The notes below the pieces were generated by a model. The model saw only the letters and a program-made list of their open reading frames with translations, was not told where the DNA came from and did no database searches. Positions 16,650 to 25,528 of a DNA stretch of 64,000 bases are shown here, piece after piece (the first letter of the stretch is position 1; each line of letters starts with the position of its first letter). The DNA comes from Planctomycetota bacterium (GTDB lineage: Bacteria; Planctomycetota; B15-G4). The DNA lies in assembly GCA_038212275.1 (NCBI GenBank), contig JBBQUR010000001.1, positions 128,001 to 192,000 on the forward strand, read 5' to 3'. The translations under genes and the position numbers were made by a program.

Positions 16650-17450
16650 ATGAACGACGACAACACGCTTGACCTGCTCCTCGGCCGCATCCTCGATCGG
16701 CGCGCATCGCCCGCTGACTGGGACTCGTTTGCGACGTTCGCCCAGGCGCGCCCCGACACATGGGGGCAACTCCTGACGGCTCTGCGATCGGAGCAGGGAC
16801 TGCAGCGCAGCGCGGACATCGAACTCTCCGTCGCGGACCTCGTCGACCTGCCACGCGAGGCCACCGTCGCATCTCTGGAGCCGGGCTCCGACACCCGCGG
16901 GACGTGGGCTGCGGTGCCGCCGCGAGTCGCGCGGCGTGCACGGCGCCCCTGGACTGGCTGGGCTGCGGCCGCCGCGCTGGCGCTCGCCTGGGCCGGCAGC
17001 ACGTGGCTGGCCACCGATGGCTCGGCGCAACGCGCCGCGACCGGATTGCGCGGCATCAACGGCGCACCGGTTGCGGCTGCGCCGCACGCCGAACCCGGGG
17101 CAGCCTCCGCGCCCGACGCAGCGCCTTCCGACCTCGGGCCCGGCAGCCGTGACGAGGCGCCGGTCGATCCCGCCTTGCTGGCGCAGGCCGGAAACACGGC
17201 GGGCCCGCGCCTGCGCGATGCAGCCGCACCCGTCGGCGACGACCTGCACGGCGACATCGTCGGTCAGCTCCCGCTCCAGCTCGTCAGCAGCGTGGCATCG
17301 GCCGACGGAAACGGACTCGATGTCGTCTACGTGCGCCCCGTGCTCGAGCGTGCGCGGGTCTCCGGCATGTACTCGCTGGGATTCGACGATGCCGGCCGCC
17401 TCTCACCCGTGAGCATCCAGCCGGCGTCCCTGCTGCTTGCCGACAACTGA
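16650..17450 (+). CDS. Putative transmembrane anti-sigma factor
   Basis: Starts 7 nt after the ECF-1 stop with a GAGG RBS. Cytoplasmic N-terminal domain, single TM (WTGWAAAAALALAW), extracytoplasmic tail. Confidence 0.7.
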   Translation: MNDDNTLDLLLGRILDRRASPADWDSFATFAQARPDTWGQLLTALRSEQGLQRSADIELSVADLVDLPREATVASLEPGSDTRGTWAAVPPRVARRARRPWTGWAAAAALALAWAGSTWLATDGSAQRAATGLRGINGAPVAAAPHAEPGAASAPDAAPSDLGPGSRDEAPVDPALLAQAGNTAGPRLRDAAAPVGDDLHGDIVGQLPLQLVSSVASADGNGLDVVYVRPVLERARVSGMYSLGFDDAGRLSPVSIQPASLLLADN

Positions 17451-17509
17451 TACCCAGCGCTCGGCGCCGCTCGTCGGCCGCCAAGCCATCCATGTCCGGA
17501 GACAGCCCG

Positions 17510-18790
17510 ATGAAGCTTCTGTTGAACAGCCTGGCCCTCGTTGTCCTGGCGTGCCAGGCCGCACCCGCCGCGCAGGACAGCGTCCGCATCCTGAAGACCC
17601 AGAGCATCAGCGACGACGACGCCGCGCAGGATGCCGCCCGTGCCCGCGGCCATGCGCAGATCACCGTGGACGACGACTCGCACGGCGCCTTGTCGCTCAC
17701 GCTGCAGCGCGACGGCTCGATCGAGGCGACGCTTGACGGCCAGGAACTCTCCGCCGACCGGCTCGTGCGGGACGGCGACCGCCTGCGCGTGCTCGGGGCC
17801 GGAGGCGAGCTGCTGTACGAGCTGCAGATCTTCGGCGACAACCGCGGCCTGGCATATCCCTATGGCGAGCACGGCAACACGTTTCGTATCGGCGGCATCG
17901 GCCTCGGTGGCCTGCATGCGCTGGAGAAGCTCAGCTCCAAGCCCCGGCATGTCATCGGCGTGGTGACCTCGCCCGTGTCAGGCGGCGTCGCGGCGCAGCT
18001 GGGCCTCGAGCCGGACAGCGCGCTGATCATCAACGAGCTCACGCCGGACATGCCTGCAGCCAAGGCGGGCCTGCTGCCCTTCGATGTCATCACGCACATC
18101 GATGGCAGCGCGCCGGTGACGCGAGACATGCTGCGCGAACGCGTCGCCGCCGTGGCGGTGGGGCAACCTCTGCATATCACGCTGCTGCGCCGTGGCCAGC
18201 CTCAGGAGCTGGAGGTCCTCGTCGGCGAGACGACCGACGAGGTCGGCCGTTTCCCCGGATCCTTCATGGCCAACCTGGCGGATGACGATGAGCGTGGCGC
18301 CTGGAATTTCGCCGTCGACACTCTCGCCGTCGGCCCCACGTCGGGATCCAACGAGTCGCTCGCGCGCGCGGACGTCGAACTGACCAATGCGCGTGACTCG
18401 CTGCAGAAGCGTCTCGAGGAATTGCGGGCCAAGGTGTCGCAGGGTGGCGTCGAGGGCGAGGCTGCGGCACAGGCCGCCGCCGAACTGGACGCCGCGCTGG
18501 CGAGCGTCGTCGAAGCGCAGGACTCGATGCGCCAGCATCAGGCCGGCACATCCCCCGAGGTGCGCTTCTTCAATCTCGGGACGGACGGCGACAAGGGCAT
18601 GCTGATGCGCCGGCCTGTGCGCATCGATGGGACGCCGGTGCCCTGGACAGGTGCGCTTGCAACGCCCGGCGCGAGCAGCGGCAGCGTGGAGAGCGATGCA
18701 CGTCTGCAGCAGATGGAAGCGCGACTTGCGCAGCTGGACGCGCGGGTTGCCGAGTTGGTCAAGGCGCTCGAGGCTGCCAACAAGCCGTGA
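17510..18790 (+). CDS. Secreted PDZ-domain/coiled-coil protein (no protease domain seen)
   Basis: GGAG RBS, signal peptide, PDZ motif IGV...PAAKAGLLPFDVITHIDG...LLRRGQ, C-terminal heptad repeats. Confidence 0.8.
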   Translation: MKLLLNSLALVVLACQAAPAAQDSVRILKTQSISDDDAAQDAARARGHAQITVDDDSHGALSLTLQRDGSIEATLDGQELSADRLVRDGDRLRVLGAGGELLYELQIFGDNRGLAYPYGEHGNTFRIGGIGLGGLHALEKLSSKPRHVIGVVTSPVSGGVAAQLGLEPDSALIINELTPDMPAAKAGLLPFDVITHIDGSAPVTRDMLRERVAAVAVGQPLHITLLRRGQPQELEVLVGETTDEVGRFPGSFMANLADDDERGAWNFAVDTLAVGPTSGSNESLARADVELTNARDSLQKRLEELRAKVSQGGVEGEAAAQAAAELDAALASVVEAQDSMRQHQAGTSPEVRFFNLGTDGDKGMLMRRPVRIDGTPVPWTGALATPGASSGSVESDARLQQMEARLAQLDARVAELVKALEAANKP

Positions 18791-18829
18791 TCGAATGGGG
18801 TTGCTGTTCGGGCAGCCCCGGTCGTGTGC

Positions 18830-18866
18830 GCGCCCGGGACGGGAGGGAGAGTCCCGTCCCGGGCGC
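18830..18866. terminator. Perfect 15-bp hairpin between convergent genes
   Basis: gcgcccgggacggga-N7-tcccgtcccgggcgc; a second, weaker hairpin at 18797-18819; no U-tract. Confidence 0.6.
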
Positions 18867-18907
18867 CGCGACCCTTGCGGGCCGCTTCAACCCTTCGCGG
18901 CGCGCGA

Positions 18908-19600
18908 TCAGTTCGCGTACTTGACGCCACAACCGAAGGGGCGGCTTTCCTTGGTGGCCACGTCCTTGCCGGCCAGCAGCGCGTCGACCGCGTCCTTGAC
19001 GTAGTTGACCTCACCCTTGGTCTGGGCGCTGCCGTTGTCGATCGCGCCGGCGTAGCGGAGCACGCCTTCCGCGTCGATCACGAACATGTGCGGTGTCGTT
19101 TTTGCCGCGTAGAGCCGGCCGACGGCGCCGTTCTCGTCGAGCAGCACCGGGTAGGTCACGCCGAAGTCCGCGACCGCCTTCACGTTGCGGTCCTTGCCGG
19201 CGCCTTCCCTGCCCGGTGCGCTGGAATTGATCGCCAGCCACACCACGTCCTTGTCCGCGTAGCTCGCCGCGAGCTTGCCCATGACGCTTTCGGGCGTGTG
19301 GTAGGCGCGCGAGATCGGGCAGTCCGGGTTGAACCACTCGATCACGACGATCTGCTTGCGGGCCGTGAGCGCGGACAGCGTCACGTCCTCGTCCTTGAGA
19401 TTCTTCAGGGTGAAGTCGGGCGCCTTCTCGCCGACCTTGGCGACCTTGGGCTCGGCGTGTTCGGCGGGCTTGGCCTCCGGTGCCGGAGCAACCTGCGGTG
19501 CGCGCGGCGCTGCGGCATCCTGCGACGCCACGCTGAACGGAAGTGCCGAGAGGGCCAGCAGTCCGCCGGCGATGGCGATGCGTGGAAGGGTGAAGATCAT
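18908..19600 (-). CDS. Secreted thioredoxin-fold redoxin (AhpC/TSA-like)
   Basis: Motifs GEKAPDFTL, EWFNPDCP, AKTTPHMFVID, YAGAID, GCGVKY; signal peptide. Confidence 0.88.
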   Translation of the reverse strand: MIFTLPRIAIAGGLLALSALPFSVASQDAAAPRAPQVAPAPEAKPAEHAEPKVAKVGEKAPDFTLKNLKDEDVTLSALTARKQIVVIEWFNPDCPISRAYHTPESVMGKLAASYADKDVVWLAINSSAPGREGAGKDRNVKAVADFGVTYPVLLDENGAVGRLYAAKTTPHMFVIDAEGVLRYAGAIDNGSAQTKGEVNYVKDAVDALLAGKDVATKESRPFGCGVKYAN

Positions 19601-20610
19601 CGGGGCTCTCCTGAGTTGGGAACTGGAACGGGGTCTGTGCGGGAAGGAGGCAGCTTGGCGTCGGGCGGCGCCGTCGTCTCCGCGAGCGGCAGATCGATGA
19701 CAAAAAAGCGTGCGCGCGCCGGAGCGGTCTCGGACTGACTCGCGTAGCGCACGTCGACCCAGCCCTTCAACCGGTCGCCGGGCCGGAGGTCACGGGCCAG
19801 GTGCAGCCGCAGTGTGTCGCCGTCCGCGGTGCCTTCGTCCACCAGGAAGGGGAGTTCTGCGCAGTCTTCGGCGGGAAGCAGCGTGATGGTGGTGGCGCCG
19901 GGTGCGACGAGGCGCACGGCGTCGGCGAGGCGTTCGGCCCGAATCGGTGAGGTCGGTACGGTCGGTACGGTCGGTGCGGTCGAGTCGGTCGCGGTCGGCC
20001 AGGCTTCGGGCAGCCGGGTCGCCGTGGCTGCAAAGAGCGCGGCCGATGCACTGGCCGAGGGCGAGCTCTCCGGCGCAGCCACGAGCAGGGGCAGGGCCAC
20101 GTCGGCGCCGCCGACCACGCAGGCCTGGTCGCAGACCAGCCACTCGAGGTGCGCGCGCAACGTGACCGTGTCACCCGGCTGCGCGTCGGCCGGCACGCGC
20201 ACGTCGAACATGAGCAGGACTTCGTCCTCGTAGACATGGTCCAGCAGCGGCCCGGGTGACAGGTGCCGATGAGGCACCGGCCACAGCACGGGGTCGGCCT
20301 CCCAGCCCGGAGGCAGTTCGGGCCTGACCAGCACCGGCAGGCCGCTGTCGTTGCGTGCTGCGGCATAGACGTGCCAGCCGGCCTCCAGGACCAGGCGCAC
20401 GCCCAGCCGGAGCACCGAGCCCGGGACGGCGGCGTCCTGCGCGGCGAGCAAGCTGGCGGTGACGTGACCGGCGCGCTCGGCGCGGGCGCCGTTGTCCGCT
20501 GGTGTGGCCTGAGCCGGAGCCCTCGACATGGTGGCCGCGGTTGCCACCAGAAGCGCCAGAACGCCTGTCAGCGCGGCGGAGATCGACAAGCTGCGTCTTC
20601 TGCCGGACAT
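19597..20610 (-). CDS. DsbD N-terminal-like (protein-disulfide reductase) domain protein
   Basis: Motifs GWHVY...DSGLP...WP.P and WLVCDQAC; signal peptide; ATGA overlap with the redoxin; TATGAT 7 nt before ATG 20610. Confidence 0.8.
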   Translation of the reverse strand: MSGRRRSLSISAALTGVLALLVATAATMSRAPAQATPADNGARAERAGHVTASLLAAQDAAVPGSVLRLGVRLVLEAGWHVYAAARNDSGLPVLVRPELPPGWEADPVLWPVPHRHLSPGPLLDHVYEDEVLLMFDVRVPADAQPGDTVTLRAHLEWLVCDQACVVGGADVALPLLVAAPESSPSASASAALFAATATRLPEAWPTATDSTAPTVPTVPTSPIRAERLADAVRLVAPGATTITLLPAEDCAELPFLVDEGTADGDTLRLHLARDLRPGDRLKGWVDVRYASQSETAPARARFFVIDLPLAETTAPPDAKLPPSRTDPVPVPNSGEPR

Positions 20611-20803
20611 CGGAGCGATCATAGCCTTGCACCGGCGGTTGTCCGTGCCGCTCCCGCGGTGCCACCTCCGGGTCACGTGCCGCGCCCTCCGGCGCACCGA
20701 GCTCGCGCGCGACGACGAGTCGCGGTGCAGTCGCCGAGCGGTGGAAGCCATGCGGCAGCGGCCGGATACTGCGGCTCGGCCGGAACGTTCCGAGTCGCGG
20801 CGG

Positions 20804-20834
20804 GCGAAGGATCAGCCCGACTCGACACACCAAG
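20804..20834 (+). promoter_or_regulatory. Candidate ECF-2 autoregulatory promoter
   Basis: GCGAAGGAT-N15-CACCAAG; identical boxes and spacing recur at 24391-24421. Confidence 0.7.
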
Positions 20835-20928
20835 CCTTGCGCGCCCCCGTCGCAAGCGCTCCCTTCTCCCACCCGGGCGGTTGGAGGGGGCACCGTGACC
20901 AGGCGCCCCTTTCCAGGAGACAGCCGCC

Positions 20929-21531
20929 CTGACCTCCGCACCCCACGCTGCCGACCTCGGGCTCCGCGATCGCATCGTCGGTGGCGACAGACAGGCAGCG
21001 GCCCTGCTCTTCGAAGAGCACGTGGACGCGCTCTACGAGTTCGTGCATTACCGGGTCGGCAGCGACCGCGCACTGGCGGAAGACGTCGTTCAGGACACCT
21101 TCGTGATCGCCATCGAGAAGATCGCAGGCTTCCAGGGCAGCAGCAGCCTGCGCACGTGGTTGTGCGGGATCGCCCGCAATCTCATCCGGTCGGCACGGCG
21201 CAAGCGTCGCGCGGCCAGCCTGCCTGACCTGCTCGAGGGCGCCGACGACCGCATCTTCGAAATGCTGGAGGAAATCGAGCGCACCGAACTGCCGGAGTGG
21301 GCGCTTCAGCGGCAGGAGACCGCTGCACTCGTCGGTGCGACGCTCTCGTCGCTGCCGCCCGACTACCGTCACGCGCTCCTGCAGAAGTACGTGGAGGATC
21401 TCTCCGTGGCCGACATGGGTGCCGTCAATGGTCGCGGCACCAAGGCCACCGAGTCGCTGCTCACGCGCGCACGCGTTGCTTTCGCACGCGTGTTCGCGCT
21501 GCTGAGCGGCGGCGCGGGAGGTGCTGCATGA
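20929..21531 (+). CDS. ECF sigma factor (ECF-2), probable CTG start
   Basis: Motifs AEDVVQDTF, FQGSSSLRTWL, LPPDYR, ESLLTRAR. The frame stays open upstream of GTG 21022 with DLGLRDRIVGGDRQAAALLFEEH. AGGAG lies 9 nt before CTG 20929. Confidence 0.85.
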   Translation: MTSAPHAADLGLRDRIVGGDRQAAALLFEEHVDALYEFVHYRVGSDRALAEDVVQDTFVIAIEKIAGFQGSSSLRTWLCGIARNLIRSARRKRRAASLPDLLEGADDRIFEMLEEIERTELPEWALQRQETAALVGATLSSLPPDYRHALLQKYVEDLSVADMGAVNGRGTKATESLLTRARVAFARVFALLSGGAGGAA

Positions 21532-24266
21532 GCTCCGGGAGCGAACGGCGCGCGTCGGATGAATCGGTGTTCGAACGCAATCTGCGTGCCTTGTTGACCC
21601 GTTGCTACCAGCCTGCGAAGGCCGACCCCGCGTTCCGCGCACGCGCACGCGCCGCCTGTCTCGCAGCGGTCCTGCCGTCGGCGCGCGGGGCGCCGGACGT
21701 CCGCGTCGCCGGCGCCGACCGGCGGTCTGCGCGAGGCGAGCGCAGGCAGCTGCCGGGGTGGACGCGCGCTGCTGCGGCCCTCGCGGCGCTGCTGCTCGTC
21801 GCCGTCCCGGCCACGCTGTGGTGGATCTCCGAAGCTCGCGGTGACGGCCGCCGCGACGCGATCCTCGCGCGCGGTGAGGTCGCGGCGCGCTGCGGACCGT
21901 CCGAGCGCTGGCAGGCCTTCGGAGCGGACGAAAGCGACGGCCCGGACGACCGCGATGTCGCGCACGCCGTCCTGGCCTCCGGCTCTCTCCAGGTGGTCAC
22001 TCCCGCCGGGCTCGGACTCGATGTGGAGCTGCCGGATCTGCCGGCGGCGACGGGCGCCTGCATCGACCCCGCGAGCCGCGTCCGGCTCGAGCGCACCACT
22101 GGCCTGGAGGCCGAACTCGAGCAGGGCGGCTTGAGCCTGACATGCGCAAACTCGGGGCCGGCATGGACCCTTGCCACGCCGCAAGGAGCGCTGGAACTCA
22201 CGGACGGCTCGCTCACCGCGCGCGTGATCGGGGCGGAGGGCGGCGGCCCGGCGGGCGCCGTCTGGCTGCTGCTGGATGGAAGCGCCGCGCTGCGTGGTGC
22301 TTCCGGTGCACGGTCGCTGCCCTCGGGACGCGCGGTCTCGCTGAGACTCGGCGCGATCACGGCGTACGCCGCGGACGACGACGCACACGTTGCCGTCCAC
22401 CCCGGCCCCGGTTTCGTTCCGCCGTCCGTCGCGCGTCCTCCGGAGCCGCTGGATGCCGCGGAACTCGCCGGTGAACCGGGCAGCGCTGCGACGGCGGCGC
22501 TCCCGACGGCGAACCTCCCGGCGCCGCGCGTGCTCCAGGGCAGCGTGTTGAGCGGCGGCGCGCCGGTGACCTCGTTCGCCCTCGTGCTCGTGCCGCAGGA
22601 CGTGCCGCCTCGGGCCGAGGTCGAGCGCCTCGAGGTGTCCGCCGCGGATGGACGTTTCCGCTGGGCCGATGTCGCACCGGGGAACTACGTGCTTTTCGTC
22701 CTGGCTCCCGCGGCGCCTGCGTGGAAGCGAAGCGGCGTGGTGGTGACGGCGAGCGAGCCGCTGCAGCCGCTCGTCGTGGAGCTCGATGCGAACGGCGCCA
22801 TGGTGTCAGGCTTCGTGACGGACCGCGCGACGGGCGAACCGCTGGCCGGCGCCGTCGTGTTGAGCGAGACCGACGCACCGGCGCGCCTGCTTCCGCTGGA
22901 CGGCTCGCCGATGCCGGAACTCGTGACGGTGCTCGCCGTCACCGACGAGCTCGGCTTCTTCCAGCTGGACCGGCTCACCGCAGGGCAGCAGTTGCTGCGC
23001 GCCACGGCGAGCGGGCACGCGCCCGACTGGTCGGGCCCGCTCACGGTGCAGCCGGGCGAACACGCCGAAGGCCTGCTGTTCCGGCTGGCGCCGGAGGCGC
23101 GCGTGCGCGGCCATGTCCTCGGCGCCGATGGCTTGCCCTCGGTCGGCGCCATCCTGATCGGTTCGCCGCAGCCGGACACGCTGCGCCCCTGCGTGAGCTA
23201 CTCGTTTGCAGCGACCGGCGACGACGGCTCCTACATGCTCGGCAATCAACCCGCGGGCGCGGGCATCGTGATCCTGCTGGGCGATGACGAGGCGCGCGCG
23301 TCCGGCACGCCGCCGCGGATCCAGGCGACGAGTCTCTCGCCGGGAACGGATGCCGTCGTCGACTTCACGCTCGCGCCTGCCGTCGCGGAGGCAGCGGCTC
23401 TGCCTTCAGCTTCCGTCGCGGCGGCTGACGCCGGCTGCCGCCTGCGCGGCCGCGTGCTCGGACCCGATGGCGCCGCGGCGCCATCAGCCATGATTTCGCT
23501 CGTGCGCGAGGATGCTCCTGCCGCGAAGGCGTCGGAGCAGTGGGTCGGCGCGATGACCGCACCGGATGGCAGCTTCGATGTCCCCGGCCTCAGTCCCGGC
23601 ACGTGGGAACTCTTCATCGGCGACGGCGACGGCACGAGCCTCTGCCGCGTGTGCACGGTGGAGGTGCCTGCGGCCCGCGAACTGGTGCTCGACGTGTCCT
23701 TGACCGGAGGCTCGCTGGCCGGGCAGGCGACGAGCGAGGAGAGCGGGCAGCCCGTGAGCCGGGCGCTGCTCATCCTCATGCGGCGCGACGAGCCGAGCGG
23801 CCAGTGGTCATTCCACGGACGGCAGCTCGCGGATGCGTCGGGACGTTTTCGATTCGAGCACCTCGCTGCCGGCCGCTACGAGTTCACCGCGCACGACATG
23901 GACGGCGTGCTGGCCGCGAGCTCGAGCGGCGACGTGCTGCTCACGCAGGATCAGGATCTGGATGGCCTCGATGTCGCACTGCGGCTCGGCAGCGCCCTGC
24001 TCGTCCGGGTGACGGATGCACGCGGCGCGCCCGTGGCGGATGCGCTGGTGATCCTCACCGACGCGGCCGGCACGAGCCGGCAATTCGCCGCGTCGCCAAG
24101 GACCGGCGCGGAGGGCGTCCTGCGCTCGGCCGGCATGCCGCCCGGCCTCTGGCGGGTCGCCGTGAGCGCGCCACCGGAAGCAGGGCTCGTGCCGCGCGAG
24201 GTCTCGGTGGAGCTGCGCGTCGGAGAGGCTGAGGAACTGGAGCTCGTGCTGCCCGACGCCCGTTGA
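21528..24266 (+). CDS. Anti-sigma factor-like TM protein with a FecR-like region and several carboxypeptidase-regulatory-like beta-sandwich repeats
   Basis: ATGA overlap with ECF-2; one TM; LEQG...TPQG FecR-like strands; about six 'G.V....G.P..GA.V...T..DG.F....L.PG.Y' repeats. Confidence 0.75.
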   Translation: MSSGSERRASDESVFERNLRALLTRCYQPAKADPAFRARARAACLAAVLPSARGAPDVRVAGADRRSARGERRQLPGWTRAAAALAALLLVAVPATLWWISEARGDGRRDAILARGEVAARCGPSERWQAFGADESDGPDDRDVAHAVLASGSLQVVTPAGLGLDVELPDLPAATGACIDPASRVRLERTTGLEAELEQGGLSLTCANSGPAWTLATPQGALELTDGSLTARVIGAEGGGPAGAVWLLLDGSAALRGASGARSLPSGRAVSLRLGAITAYAADDDAHVAVHPGPGFVPPSVARPPEPLDAAELAGEPGSAATAALPTANLPAPRVLQGSVLSGGAPVTSFALVLVPQDVPPRAEVERLEVSAADGRFRWADVAPGNYVLFVLAPAAPAWKRSGVVVTASEPLQPLVVELDANGAMVSGFVTDRATGEPLAGAVVLSETDAPARLLPLDGSPMPELVTVLAVTDELGFFQLDRLTAGQQLLRATASGHAPDWSGPLTVQPGEHAEGLLFRLAPEARVRGHVLGADGLPSVGAILIGSPQPDTLRPCVSYSFAATGDDGSYMLGNQPAGAGIVILLGDDEARASGTPPRIQATSLSPGTDAVVDFTLAPAVAEAAALPSASVAAADAGCRLRGRVLGPDGAAAPSAMISLVREDAPAAKASEQWVGAMTAPDGSFDVPGLSPGTWELFIGDGDGTSLCRVCTVEVPAARELVLDVSLTGGSLAGQATSEESGQPVSRALLILMRRDEPSGQWSFHGRQLADASGRFRFEHLAAGRYEFTAHDMDGVLAASSSGDVLLTQDQDLDGLDVALRLGSALLVRVTDARGAPVADALVILTDAAGTSRQFAASPRTGAEGVLRSAGMPPGLWRVAVSAPPEAGLVPREVSVELRVGEAEELELVLPDAR

Positions 24267-24299
24267 ATGGCGGCGCACGCTGCATTGCCCCTCGGCGGG

Positions 24300-24365
24300 G
24301 CGAGGTGGTCGCGAGGTGGTCGCGGGGTGGCCGCGAGTTGGCCGCGAGTTGGCCGCGAGTGTCTC
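24300..24365. repeat. 11-bp tandem array (6 units)
   Basis: gcgaggtggtc gcgaggtggtc gcggggtggcc gcgagttggcc gcgagttggcc gcgagtgtctc. Confidence 0.8.
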
Positions 24366-24390
24366 GTGCCGTCGCCGCGGAGAACGTTGC

Positions 24391-24421
24391 GCGAAGGATT
24401 CCTTCGGGAAGCGGCACCAAG
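24391..24421 (+). promoter_or_regulatory. Candidate ECF-2-dependent promoter of the TPR gene
   Basis: GCGAAGGAT-N15-CACCAAG, ending 81 nt before ATG 24503. Confidence 0.7.
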
Positions 24422-24502
24422 AGATCGCGTGGTGCGGCAGGTGCCGACATCACTCTCGTCGCCAGCCACACGGCCGCGGATCGGCCGATCGGAGAGAACT
24501 GC

Positions 24503-25408
24503 ATGAAGCCCGTCCCGCAACTCGTGCTCACCGTCGTCGTCGCGGGACTCACGTCCGTGGCGGCCGTCACGCTGTTCGCTCCGCCGGATGCGACCGGCGT
24601 CGCAGCGAAGGGTGCATCGACCGACGCTCGCGTGGCCGCGCTGGAGACTTCGCTCGCGGCGCTGCAGTCCGGGCAACGCACGCTGGGGGCCAGCCTCGAC
24701 GGTGTCGCCCTGCGCCTTGCCGCGTCGGCGCCGCGTGACGGCGTTCAGCCGCTCGAGGATCTCGAAGCCACCGTGACGCGAGTGCTCGAACAGCGTGAAG
24801 CCGCGAAGCAGGCGGCCACGGCTCTTGCCGCCGCGAGCGCGGAGGGTGCCGCCGGGATGGACCTCGACGACGCTGTCGCCGCGCTGCTCGACCCGAACCT
24901 CGATGCCGCGGCGCGCACGGCGCTGTGGCAGAAGGTGCGCGAAGCCGGGCTGCTGGACGAAGTGCTGGCCGTGTACGAGGCCCGCGCGAAGGCCAACCCG
25001 AACGACCCGTCGGTGCAGGTCGAACTCGGCGAGGCCTACCTGCAGAAGATCTTCGAGGTGGGCAGCGGTCCGCTGGCCGGCGTGTGGGCCAACAAGGCGG
25101 ATGGCGCCTTCGATGCAGCCCTCGCGCTCGACGATCACAATTGGGAGGCGCGCTTCACCAAGGCCGTGTCGCTGTCCTTCTGGCCGCCGATCTTCGGCAA
25201 GCAGCCCGAGGCCATCTCCCACCTCAAGACGCTGCTGAGCCAGCAGGCAGGCCAGCCCAAGTCGCCGCAGTACGCGCAGACCTATCTGATGCTCGGCAAT
25301 CTCTATGCGCAGCAGGGGAACAGCGCCGAGGCGACCAGCATGTGGAAGCAGGGGCTCTCCGAGTATCCGAACGATGCGGCGCTGCTGGAGAAGACCGGGA
25401 CGCCGTGA
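24503..25408 (+). CDS. Membrane-anchored coiled-coil/TPR protein
   Basis: GGAG RBS, N-terminal hydrophobic segment, coiled coil, TPR helices (ELGEAYL, ALALDDHNWEARF, YLMLGNLY...GLSEYPND). Confidence 0.8.
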   Translation: MKPVPQLVLTVVVAGLTSVAAVTLFAPPDATGVAAKGASTDARVAALETSLAALQSGQRTLGASLDGVALRLAASAPRDGVQPLEDLEATVTRVLEQREAAKQAATALAAASAEGAAGMDLDDAVAALLDPNLDAAARTALWQKVREAGLLDEVLAVYEARAKANPNDPSVQVELGEAYLQKIFEVGSGPLAGVWANKADGAFDAALALDDHNWEARFTKAVSLSFWPPIFGKQPEAISHLKTLLSQQAGQPKSPQYAQTYLMLGNLYAQQGNSAEATSMWKQGLSEYPNDAALLEKTGTP

Positions 25409-25528
25409 GCGCCGACGTGCGGCGGGGCTGTGACGGATGCACTGCACGCCTACCGCATCCGGGGAGGCGCGGCTAGACTCCCGCGCATCACCTTCGACTC
25501 CTGCCGACTCTCCACGGTGCTGTTGCCG

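Noticed and set aside
19951..19998. ggtcggtac 9-bp repeats
   Set aside because: They encode a Pro/Thr linker (PTVPTVPT) within the DsbD-like gene, which is an ordinary low-complexity spacer.
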